A stretch of DNA of 64,000 nucleotides from the NCBI RefSeq assembly GCF_000143415.4, contig NW_003314267.1:2397839-2461838 (forward strand). Reading direction: 5' to 3'. Of the stretch, positions 23,363 to 35,505 are shown one piece after another. This DNA is from Selaginella moellendorffii (lineage: Eukaryota; Plantae; Lycopodiophyta). The notes below the pieces were generated by a model. It had not been told where the DNA came from. It saw only the letters and a program-made list of their open reading frames with translations, and made no database searches. A program made the position numbers and the translations under genes. Each line of letters opens with the position of its first letter. The stretch's first letter is position 1.

Positions 23363-26300
23363 AGAGGGTGAAAGCCCAAAGCGTTCGTCTCCCAGACCCT
23401 GGGGGGTTTGGTGAGCTCCAAAAGTATAGTAAGGGGGAGGACTGCAGTGGAGCCAGTTTGGCCAGGAAAGGCCAGTTTGGCCCAGGAAAGGCCAGTTTGG
23501 CCCAGGAAAGGCCAGTTTAGCCCAGGAAGGCCAGACCTAGTGTTGGGTGATGAACTGACCACTGAGAAGTCCAAGACTAGAGTGAATACAGACCGACAAG
23601 CGGGGTAGCTTGGTGAAGTGTTCAAGAGCCGGCTCTAGTTCCCTCGGGAGATCGACTAGCCGATGCTCCCAGTCCAAGTGTGGGTGGCACTACCTACTTG
23701 GATACCAGGCGTGGCTCAATGGAACCTCGCTCTAAGCCCATGGCTAGAGCACCCAAGGGCGGAAGGCGAGGAAAGTACCTAGGTGGCTCGCATAAGGCCA
23801 CGGTGTTCCGAAATATCGTCCCAAAGGCCCAGACTGTGGAAAGGAAGAGGAGCAGTCCTCTGGGGTGTGACCAAGGACACGGTCGTGTGGTGATGAAGTC
23901 CCAGAGGACCGTGGGACTTAGTGGTCGGGCCTGTGGGCCTCGATCCAGTGGCAGTGTTGGCAAACACGGCCAAAGGCAAAAAGGGACTTAGTGGGGGCTG
24001 GCAGAGGGATATTGGGGAAGGTTGTTCCCTTTGTTGGTGGGCATCCTAAAGATGCTAAGGAGTGGATCTGGGATGACCACTCATGGATGGTTGGCCCAGT
24101 CTTGGAGAGACAAGATTATGTTGCAAGTGGTATTGGACTACCAGTGCAGCAAAGGTGATTGGGCATGGCCTTAGCATAACAGGCTGCTATGTCGGTGGTA
24201 CCTTTGAGTGTCGGTCATGGGATCAGACATATGGAGTACTTGGACCAGGTGCAAGTGTTGAGTGGCATGAATGCCATTCTTGGGGCTAGCAAGTCCCAAG
24301 TCCTGAATTGGACTTATGGAGGTTGTGAATGAGACTCCTCCAAATGGTCGGAGGTGTGGTTAAGTGACTAAAGTAGAATGGAAAAATTAGTCGCTTACAA
24401 CTTGGTATCGGAGCTGTTCCTTAGTCCGACTTTTATTGGTGCTCAAGTATATCACCATTGATGTTGGCATCGGAAGGTCCTAGGAGTGGGCTTATCCTTG
24501 AGGAGTAGCATGTCGAGAGGACATGGCTCTCCACTCAAGTTCATGCGTGAACTTCGGCACAATGTGGTGGATAGAAAAGGGGCCAATAATGGAACGACTT
24601 TGGGATCTTGGGAACAGTATAAGGTTTCCTCAGAGAGCTGAGGATGTGATCCAAATGAGTGTTTGACGCAACAAACGGGCTAACGTAGTTGTGATAAACA
24701 ACTATAGTTGGGATCACGGGAAAGATAAAAACTCCAAAGCAATAAAGGAGTCACAAGATTATCCTCATATAGTTGAGGTTGGTGCTCATGAATGTGAGAC
24801 CAGAAGTAATGACTATGGGAGGTCAAATACGGAAGAGGGCTCAAGTCCTTGAAATGGTAGCCGGGGCTACCTTTGATAAATGCTGGAACAACCCAAGGAG
24901 TTGGGGGGTGTACTTAGAGATGAGTTGGTATTCTCATCACATGGACAAGTAGTCCTAAGGGGCAAAGGTTGCCCTAGAGAACAAAATCAAGTGTCAGAGC
25001 AACACTTGTGAAAATAGTCCTTGTGAGTGAGGACATAAATGCAAGAAGTGTATTCCAATGAGCTAGTGCCCGACAAGTAGGACCTTACGGGTCTGTGTAT
25101 TAACCAAGTCCAAAACTGTTGGATGACTCAAGTAGAGTCAAAGAATGGTCCTAAAGGACTGATGGAAGCATTTGGATTGAAGTGTGTGGTACCCCATGAA
25201 GGATGGGGGGGATCATAGGATCCAAGGATGAGAATAGAGGGTATTTCATCGATGGCAAAATGTGCCATGCTAAAGTCGTGGGAAGGGTGTTCCCAAAAAA
25301 GAAAACAACTTTGAAACAAAGTTGTGTGTGACCTCTATGGTGCAGTGCTAACGGATGGTTGGCATGAGAAAGAGTGGTATTGATCTTGGCAAAGACTTAG
25401 ACACAAAGAAGAAGTGTTATAGAGGTAGCCTCGTGGAGCCGATGGTGTGGAGACACCAAATGTGCCAAGGGGTGATACCTTGAGGCTATGTTGGTGAGTT
25501 CATGAGAACCCCTTGCCAAAGGAATCCCAATGGAAATGGGAATGGCATAGCCTAAGTTGCAGAGCATGCAGTTGGAGTGTGGTGACCCAGATAATGATGG
25601 AGGTGTGAAAGCACCAGCAATGAGTTGTAGGACTTGACAACTATGAGGCAACTAAGAAAGAAGTGCAAAATAATTGGTTAAACGGGTAGAAGGTAGCTAT
25701 CCAAGCCTTCTTAATGGCATAAGGAAATTGAATATACCCTTACGGGGGATAAGTTGCTTATGTTGCGATATAGTAAGTCAATGTCATGAAAGAAAATATT
25801 CATTGTCAAGGAAGCCGTCATTGGGACACCTGAACACTCTAGAACACCAGGAGGTGGTGTTTGATGTCGCGAGGGCAATAGATAAGGCCGAAGGGACTAA
25901 GTCCCTAGCGAATGATGGATAGAAGGTGCTATCCAAATGTCCAAGGTGGCAGAGACAGGAGAAGACTGTCTACTCGAATTGGACAAAGCCAAAAATGGAA
26001 TTTTGGCAAGACTAGCGATGGGCATGTAAAGGCCCATAAGCAACAACATAATCTCGGTGTGTGGGATTATAGAGTAAGTACGAGCGAAGCACTTAATCCA
26101 TCGAAGGCATACCTGGATTGAGGAACCACTCCCTAGGCTATCGGGTAGGTCATCCCTAAGAATACTTGCTAAGGCATGATAGAAAGTGCAAAGCTATCCT
26201 CCTGGTCTGGAGGAGAATGACCGAAGGAAAGGTGTGAAGCCAAAAGCAAGAAGTATGGGGGTAGAACCAAACCATAGGAATCGAAGGGCATAACCAAGGT

Positions 26301-28699
26301 TGGTTATGCCAGTTGGGAGTGGAGAATCAAGTGGGGGCTCGAGGGTGTTGCCGCTAGCAACCGTGATGCCATGGAGAGTCTAAAATATGGAATTGTCCAT
26401 GTTAAACTATATGGTAATTGGAAAGCTTGCAAAAAGGGAGGCCTTAGCAAGCTAAGGGACAGAATTCCTTCAAGGTTCCCAAAGATGATTCTAGGTAGTT
26501 TAGTACCTAGATAGGCCAAGCATAAATGGTTCAAAGAACGCGCGAAATCAGAGTGGCGCAGTAGAAGTGTGGTCTTGAAGCTTGCCATGAGGCAAGGCTA
26601 TCAAGGTTAGGGAAGTAGTTCCCGAGTGTTCAAAGAGAGGGCTTTGAACAAAAGTCAATGCTCAACGGCTTTCACGCTTGTGCAGGAACCATGTTACAGT
26701 GGTCAGAGGACTTGCCAAAGCGAAATTAGCAAGTCAGGGGAACAAATACCCTAGTTGAAGGTGATAACTTCAAAAAGGGTGGGCCATGGGGCCAAGCATG
26801 GAGGAGTCCATGCATGATCATAGACTTGTCAAGTAAGAGGACTTGGCAGTGTGGAGGAACTAGGTTCCTAAGCTGTGATCTATAGTGCGCGTTGAGTATA
26901 AGTTGGTGCACCGGCGTGGGGAGTCACGCCAGGCATCCTGGGTGATGCCGTCCGTAGAGTTCGAGTCCCGACCCTTTAGTGCTTGGGTTCGAGTCCCAAC
27001 TCACTAGGGCGTGGTGATGGTTTGGAATATGAGGACACTCATTTTTCGGTGGTCATAGACTCTCAGTGTGGAGACTGGTTTGGGCACACCGCCAAGCGAG
27101 GGATGCCTCGGAGTTGTGATGCACCGTTAGATTGCTTAGTGTGGCTCAGCATATGTAACTTGAACAGTTGGTGCCAGTGGCACCAAGGACGTGGTGAATG
27201 AGATGGGGACACCCAGTCTCAGTTGCTATGGACCCTTGGTCGGAAGGGCTGGCTTGGGTGCACCGCCAAGTGTGGGGGATGCCCCCGGGGTCGTAGTTAA
27301 CAAGTTAAAGGTTTGGAAGACCTAGTACCTATTGGCAAACCTGTTAAGGTGCCGAGGTGAGATCACTAGGTGATCTTGTGGCTAATAAGGACAAGGTCCT
27401 TGTTTGGGCTAAGGAATAAGGTTCCTAGTTCAAAGTGTTGATTTGCACTATTGATGATGGTGTGGCTTGGTCAAGGTGACCAAGTGGGAAAAGCATATTA
27501 GGGAAATGAGCTATGTCATTGCGATGGCATAGTGTGTCCAAGGCAAGTAGTGTCTAAAGAGACCTATAGGAGGGTCACAAAGTTGGGTCGTGAATAGAGC
27601 CCACAACAGAAGATGCTAAAGAGACTTACTAGGGGTGAACACCCTAGTCTTGGCAAAGTAGAGCCTTTGCTATGGAATCAAAAGAATACCTCAAGGAGGG
27701 AGGCAGAGATTCAGTGTTGCTTGGTGCAACAATCAACGGATAGGAGCAAAAGATGAGTGGCCAAGATAGGGCCGTGGAATCCCTTGGAAGGAATCCAAGT
27801 GACAAAGTTAGGCGAGAAACAATAATGTGTTGCACGCTAACAAATTGCGGGAAAGGAAGTGTGTTTCCAAGGATGGATTCCGAATTGCTCCGATTTGGCG
27901 AAAGTGGAAGCTCCAAGGGAAGGAGCGGTAAGGTAGCCAAATGATAAGGCCATAGACAGCCCTAGCACAAAGTATGATAAATGGAACTTAGTGCCCAAGG
28001 TGGCACGAAATAGAAGAGAGGATGAGGGTGCCCTCAAGTAAAGAACTTCCTAGGATAGGAAGTGGAGTTGCACAATATGTGCAATGCAAGGTGTTGGAGA
28101 CACCTAGGAAAATTGACTTCAAGAAGTCAAAAGTAAACGTTCCAAAGTGCAAAGGTTATATCGATGAAAATTGAGACTACTCAAGATGGAGTAGTGGGAT
28201 TGAGATAGAGTCGGTGTCTCTAACAAGTTTAGCGAGAACTAAACCAATAAACAAAAAGAACCACCACAAGTGGTCCAATCAGTCTCTAAGTTGGAGAGAC
28301 TATCCTCCTTAGAGGATGGACAAGGCATGGTGAGCCTTCGGGGTCAAACCATAGACAAATATTGGCCAGGTGCCAAGGATGGGAATGGTAATATCTGCGG
28401 GTGTTACTTTATAAAAGGGTTTACCGTTTGATGAGGACATCGAACTTCGTTTATGGGTGGTGGAGTTGTGAGACACAAAATCCCTAGGACCCAAAGTGGA
28501 GCTGGAAAGGGTGCCACGTGGTAGTGGCCGAAGTGAAAGCCAAACGAGCATAACACGTTTGGACTAAAAGCTCCGACTTGAAAGGTCGAGAGCGGGAGTG
28601 GAACTCCCAACAAAGTGCTCAAGGAACAAGCACGAAGCGAGCAATAAGCGAGGCTCCAAAAAAGGGACCCAAAAAGGACCAACACATGACACGTGGAAG

Positions 28700-29065
28700 T
28701 GTCCGAGGTGGAGTCTGAGATGGAGTCCGAGATGGAGTCCGAAGTGGAGTCCGAGATGGAGTCCGAGATGGACCGAGACGGAGTCCGAGATGGAGTCCGA
28801 GGTGGAGTCCGAGATGGAGTCCGAAGTGGAGTCCGAGATGGACCGAGACGGAGTCCGAGATGGAGTCCGAGATGGACCCGAGATGGAATCCGAGATAGAG
28901 TCCGAGAACGACCCGAGATGAAGTCCGAGGTCGAGACCGAGACCGGGACCAAGACCGAGACCGGGACCGAGACCGAGACCGAGACCGGGACTGAGACCGA
29001 GACCGAGGCAAAGGCCGAGACCAAGCCCGAGTCCGAGTCCAAGTCTGAGTCCGAGTTCGAGTTTG
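28700..29065. repeat. Shorter version of the same minisatellite in the 3' LTR of element A
   Basis: Same units, fewer copies. Confidence 0.95.
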
Positions 29066-30532
29066 AGAGGGTGAAAGCCCAAAGCGTTCGTCTCCCAGAC
29101 CCTGGGGGGTTTGGTGAGCTCCAAAAGTATAGTAAGGGGGAGGACTGCAGTGGAGCCAGTTTGGCCAGGAAAGGCTAGTTTGGCCCAGGAAGGCCAGACC
29201 CAGTGTTGGGTGATGAACTGACCACTGGGAAGTCCAAGACTAGAGTGAATACGGACTGACAAGTGGGGTAGCTTGGTGAAGTGTTCAAGAGCCGGCTCTA
29301 GTTCCCCCGGGAGATCGACTAGCCGATGCTCCCAGTCCAAGTGTGGGTGGCACTACCTACTTGGATACCAGGCGTGGCTTAACGGAACCTCGCTCTAAGC
29401 CCATGGTTAGAGCACCCAAAGGTGGAAGGCGGGGAGAGTACCTAGGTGGCTCGCATAAGGCCACGGTGTTCCGAAGTGTTGTCCCCAAGTCCCAGACTGT
29501 GGAAAGGAAAAAGAGCAATCCTTTGGTATGGTGGCCAAGGATACGGTCACATGGTGAGGAAGTCCCAGAGGACCATAGGACTTAGTGGTCAGGCTTATGG
29601 GCCTCGATCCAGTGGCACTGTTGGCAAACTCGGCCAAAGGCAAAGAGGGACTTAGTGGGGACTGACAGAGGGATATTGAGGAAGGCTGTTCCCTTTGTCG
29701 GTGGGCATCCTAAGGATGTTAAGGAGTGGATCTGGGATGACCACTCACGGATGGTTGGCTCAGTCTTGGAGAGACAAGACTGTGTTGCAAGTGGTATTGG
29801 ACTACCAGTGCAGCAAAGGTGATTGGGCATGGCCTTAGCGTAATAGACTGCTATGTCGGTGGTACCTTTGAGTGTCGGTCATGGGATCGAACACATGGAG
29901 CACTTGGACTAGGTGCAAGGGTTGAGTGGCATGGATGGCATTCTTGGGGCTAGCAAGTCACAAGTCCTGAATTGGACTTATGGAGGTTGTGAATGAGACT
30001 CTTCCAAGTGGTCGGAGGTGTGGTTAAGTGACTAAAGTAGAATGGAAAATTTAGTCGCTTACAATCAGCCCCTCTTGTTCAAGTGTTAGTTTACTGGGCT
30101 TAGCAACTGTACTTAGCTAGATGGACATAAGGTAGGAACTCCTATGTGTTTCTAACTAAACATACTCAGTCTGGCTCTTAGTTCTCTTTTGCTCTGTCTT
30201 GCATTGGCTTGATAAGAACCCTTGCGTATTGAGATTAGTCCCTCAATATCACTGGATGATAGCTTACCGTGTCTGCTAAACACCCTCATTATCATGCCCT
30301 TTGTGTTAGTCTCATTTCGGTACCAAATACTATTTATAGAAAGTGTTTAAATTTACTCATTTGGCATATCTATGGAATGTAGAGATTGTCTTGAACACAA
30401 TGGTGTTCGTCTTGTGTCCAAATTCGCAATCTAGGGGCATTCCATATTTAGTAAGTTTTGAGCTTGTCCCAGAGACTAACTCTTGATACTAAAGGAGACT
30501 TGGGGTGAAAGCCGAAAGCGTGTGTTCCTCAA

Positions 30533-31480
30533 GGGGGGGGGGGGGGGGGGGTTTCAAATGTATAATAAAGATAATGGGTAGGTTGGGCATGGCCAACCAA
30601 CTTGAGGCATAATCTAGCTCCCACTTGTGTACCTGTCCTTATTCTGCGTGTAGCTTGGGTCTAAGCCCAAGCTCCACACCATATTAGCTAGTGGAGTACC
30701 CATGTCCTCGCATTAGGCCACCGGTATGCCAAAATAACACCAGATTCTGTTTGGCTTTGTTTTACATACTAGTCTTAGCATTGAGATCTTAGATGCTCTA
30801 GGATTGTTCCAAATCGCTTCATGCTCCTATCCCTTTGCTCCTTGAGTTGTATGCTCGAAAGTTGCTCTATTGTCCGATTCCGTCACTCCTTGGCTCTCCA
30901 TACTAGGAGTTTGGCACCATTCCTTCATTTAGAGGCCCAAGGCTTTGAAACTCAAGTTTCACACCATTGTCCTTTACACATGGCATGTGGCACGTGGCAC
31001 ATAGGGGGGGGCTATGGGAGGTTCCAAATGTATAGTAGGGATAATGGGTAGGTTAGGTATGGCTAACCAGCCTAAGGTATAATCTAGCTCCTGCTTGCGT
31101 GCTTATCCTTGTTTTGCATCCGGCTTGGGTCTAAGCCCAAGTTCCACACCATGTTAGCTGGTGGAGTACCCATGTCCTCGCATTAAGCCACCGGTATGCC
31201 AAAATAGTGCTAGACTCTGTTTGGCTCCATTTTACGTGCTAGTCCTAGCATTGGGATCCTAGATGCTCTAGGATTGTTCTAAGTTGCTTCATGCTCCTGT
31301 CCCTTCGCTCATTGGGCTGTATGCTTAGGAGTTGCTCCGTGGTTCGGTTCCGTCACTCCTTGGCTCCATGCTAGGAGTTTGGCACTGTTCCTTCGTTTAG
31401 AGGCCCAAGGCCCTCAAACTCGAGTTCCACACCACTGTTTTTTGGACACGTGGCATGTGGCATGTGACACGTGGCACATG
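30533..31480 (+). repeat. About 470-bp tandem duplication inside the 5' LTR of element B
   Basis: Two diverged copies, each starting at a G-run + ttcaaatgtata and ending gtggcacat; the 3' LTR has one copy. Confidence 0.85.
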
Positions 31481-34400
31481 GAGGGTTTAAATTCCACTTT
31501 GTGGTTATCCTATGGTAAATCACTATAGGATAAAGGGTAAAAATTACATGCATTACATTTGGTATTAGAGAATGAGTCTCAGCGAGTATTATTCAATGAG
31601 ATTAGGCAATTAGTCTCATTACATACGCAGAGATGAAAACGATGATCCAAGTGGGTACATGTTTTGGTGCAAAGGCTTCGCAATCGTTCCTTGGGTATAG
31701 ATTTGGTTACCTTTTTTTACCTTATTAAGTGAGTTTGCTCTTGGGCTCATAAGAAGGATTCAGATGCTCTGTTAGCACAAGATTGTGCTTGGGCTCATGA
31801 ATGAGGCACATTAGTACAAGTTTGCGCTTGGGCTTGTGAGTGAAGCACATTAGCAACTCAAGGTTACACTTTGAGTTGGCAGGATTAATATTAACCTATT
31901 GGTGGTTACTATGAGTTCTTCCTTGTACCCTAAGTAAAAGTAAACCTCCCTTAGGTTTGCTATAAGTGGCAAATAGGCTGGTCTGTAGCTGTTTAGCATG
32001 GCACTAGTGGATCCTTCCTAAGCATGATTACAAGTGGATCAACCAAGATTATAAGGATTAGTCTATTGGTTTAAGTAGTTATTGCCGTGCTCTCTTATAA
32101 ACTTTTCTTAGATTAGACTTAAAGTAGTGCAAAAGCAAGCTTAAGGTTTGGTTAAAGATGAGACCGAAAAGAGAGTCATCAGGGATGAAGGATCAAACAC
32201 GTAAATAATTTTTTCTTCTTAAAGAGATGATTTGCAACAAGGTGTTAACTCATTGCTCATGTTCACATTATGCAATCAAGAGTCCCTACCTTGATGCATG
32301 TTAGAAATGATGATTTTACAGGTGGTGAGTCATGGGGTGAAGCGCTATACTATTTTGTCTAGGCTTACTATTGAAGACTTGGGCTACAATACTCAATTCT
32401 TTTTTGGGGAACCTTGCTATTGCTCCTTAAGTAGTTTGGTGTTAGATTAGTTTTGAGTTTGGTCGAAAAGAGAGTGGCATAAGCTTATTCATGTTGTGAA
32501 CAAAAGTTAGTGATGTTAGGTGTTGTAAATCTATATTGGTGGAGTGTGGCATTTATGTTACATTTTGTCGAATTGAGTTGGCACTTGATATGCACATAAA
32601 CCTTTGAAGTAATGATATGGGCGTTGCTTATGGTGCTACTTAATAGATGATTAAATCATTGTGATTTCTTATATCATATCCATGTGATAGTGAGCAATGT
32701 GTTTATGAAGTTGCTTGGTTAAATGATGATCAACCCCAAAGTGGTTAATAGTGAAGCTAGTCTACTTGCAAAGTAGTAACATTGTAGTAACCTTGACTGG
32801 TTTCTCAATAATGATCTATGATATGCTAAACTTAAGTTGGTACCTTGTTTCCTTGAAGATTTGCCCATTGAGGTGTTGGAAAAAGGTTATATCTTTCATT
32901 TGCTATAGCTCATTGGTAAATTTGTTGCACTTGGAGTAGATTATTGGATGAAGAAGGTGTGTAGTTGAAGCATTAACTTTGCTAGCACTTGTGTTAGTGG
33001 AAATGGCATTATTATTTCAAGTGATAAGAAGTTTTTCCTTGGAACTTGATTTTTTATGTCATTTTTCTTGTTAGTGTTTTAGCTTCACATTGAATCTTGA
33101 AGGTGGTTAAAGAAGAGTGTTAATGCAATGTGGATATCTAAAGATATGGTTTTCGTAATCAAGCCTTGGATAGTCATTTTGCATTTTGTGGATGTCAATG
33201 TTGGATGTCGAAAAATGGGCAAAAATGTTCAATGCTTAGACACTATTGGGTCATGAAAATTTGTGTTGAGGTGAACCTATATGAAGTTAGTAAGAGGAAG
33301 TTAGTTGAGTCTTGAAAGTTTGCATTCCTAGATTGTTTCCCTAAGATGGAAAATTTTCCACAAATTTTTTTAGACTTTTCCAATGGCTAATCTATTGATC
33401 ACTTTACTCAAAACTCATTCCATTTTCAAAAACCAATACAAACTAGTGAAAGAGTTGAAGTTAACTTTAGTTAACTTAAACTTTAGTAGATAGTTTGCAT
33501 GATGCAACCCAAAAGGGATGCTAACTTTTGGGGCTAAAGAAATTGAGTTGGATAGAGTCTGGAGTTGGTGTAGAAAAGTGGTATTTACGCTTTTCTAGAA
33601 AAGTGACCCTTGCACCTTTCTTCTTTAGCGGTGTGCTTGGTGGTAGGTTGCATCTTGTATTTTATTAAAACTCTATGAGAGTAGTGAGCTCTTACTGATT
33701 CTGGCTTGGTTTTAGTGGTCCTACACCTTGGCTAAGGATGGTGATGTCCAACTTAGTTGTTTGAGTTTAAAATGTTAATACCTGTACTATAGCTTATCTA
33801 AGTGGAGGTTGTGTACTAATATAAGTTCATCTCATAGTCTTCACTTTAGTTTCGACTAAATATTGATTATGCATAGTTAGCCTCTTCAAGGCATGCTTAG
33901 AGCTATTGGTTAAATGCATTAGTGAGCTTATTGCGGTTGAGTTAGATTCGAGTGGTCATTTAGTTCGTGCTTGTCCATGAACTTTTATCTAGTACCTAGG
34001 TATTACGTTTATATTGGACAAGTATATAACTCGATGGCACGAGTTTAGTGTTTGGTTCTTGTGAAGGCAAGTTGAAAAGTGATTGTTAGTTGCTTTGGAC
34101 TAGTGATTGCTTGTAGACTTTGTCGAGGACTATTGACACTTGCTTCACTTGAAGAAGATTTATCAGTGATGGGTTTGCTTCACTGGATAGTGTTGCGGAG
34201 GATTGTGTTGTTAGACTTACATGGGTTTTCCATATTGGCATGTCGACTCTACCTCTGTCGATATCGTTTGGTTGTGTTTAGTTTGTAATGTTAAATTTCA
34301 TTGAGTCTTGGATATAGCAAATCACTCCTTGATGATGTGTTATCTAAAACTAAGTATTGTTGAAGAATTAGTCTCAGATATTGAGTAAAGTATCTTCGAC

Positions 34401-34910
34401 TTTGGTTAACTTGGTTGCTAAAGAGCTTTGAGTGGTGATTCACTCTTACTTTCTATTAGTTTTGTTTTGGTGTTAATAGCATTGAAGTGATGCTTTGTCG
34501 TTGATATTGTTGATATTGAAATTCAAGTGAAATTAGATGTCTTTCCATATGATTGATATTGAGTTTCATTAATCTCGATGAAGATCGTGTTGATGATTTA
34601 GCTGTAACTTTGTGTTATTAGCATTTATGCATTTGCTAGTTAGCAACTATATTGACGTTCAAACAAGCTGAGTGACAAATTGAGTTAGTTGTGTTCTAAA
34701 CGAGATTATTTAGTAAGGGTTGAGCTTTAAGCTTTTCCTTGAAAAGTGATTCAGTCGTGGACAATGCTAACTCTACAACAGGAAGAGTTAGTGATTGATA
34801 TTAAAATGTTTGAATCTTTATTGGATTTAAGATAAGATATATTGATCATTGATGATTCTTCTTATACTTTTTATTAAGTGAGTTACATCTTGCTATAGAT
34901 AAATTCATGA

Positions 34911-35505
34911 AGGATCAATTAAATGATCACTTATTGAGCATAACTTCGTAGTGTTTGGCTTTTGGATTGATGCAAACATGCCCTTCATTAGCTTTAGCAT
35001 TATGAAATTTAGTTTATGGATGTGTTGAGGAGGATATTAATGGTTGAACCATAATTCTTCTTTGGCATTGAAGTTAATTCATGCGAAACTCGTGATCATT
35101 TTTAAACAAGACTTAGTTATAAGCTTTTTTGAGTTTTTGGTTCCTTGAGTTTTATGCTCATTATTCCATTTGTTAGAAGTTGTTGGGGAAGGTATGTTAA
35201 CTCCTTAGGATCGATTAGATGATCATTTGTTGAGCATAACTTCGTAGTGTTTGGCTTTTGGATTGATGCAAACATACCCTTCATTAACTTTAGCATTATG
35301 AAATTTAGTTTATGGATGTGTTGAGGAGGATATTAATGGTTGAACCATGATTTCTTCTTTGGCATTGAAGTTAGTTTATGTGAAACTTGTGATCATTGTT
35401 AAACAAGACTTAGTTATAAGCTTTTTCGAGCTTTTGGTTCCTTGAGTTTTATGCTCATTGTTTTATTTGTTAAAAGTTGTTGGGGAAGGTATGTTAACTC
35501 CTTAG
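34911..35505 (+). repeat. About 296-bp tandem duplication inside element B
   Basis: aggatc.att..atgatca...gttaactccttag starts at 34911 and again at 35207. Confidence 0.9.

Larger units (their letters stand above)
22607..30063 (+). mobile_element. Full-length Gypsy/chromovirus-like LTR retrotransposon A, coding region decayed
   Basis: TG...CA LTRs 22607-24399 and 28467-30063, 5-bp TSD ATCAG (22602-22606 / 30064-30068), PBS tggtatcggagc 24403-24414 (tRNA-Met type), PPT gggtggtggag, RT remnant (GVWDYRV) and chromodomain-like remnant (PKCKGYIDEN). Confidence 0.95.

Noticed and set aside
22587-23625. Long ESEM/SRTP/LGLH-repeat ORFs on both strands (also 28404-29340 and 16274-16608)
   Set aside because: Artefacts of the stop-free 12-bp LTR minisatellite
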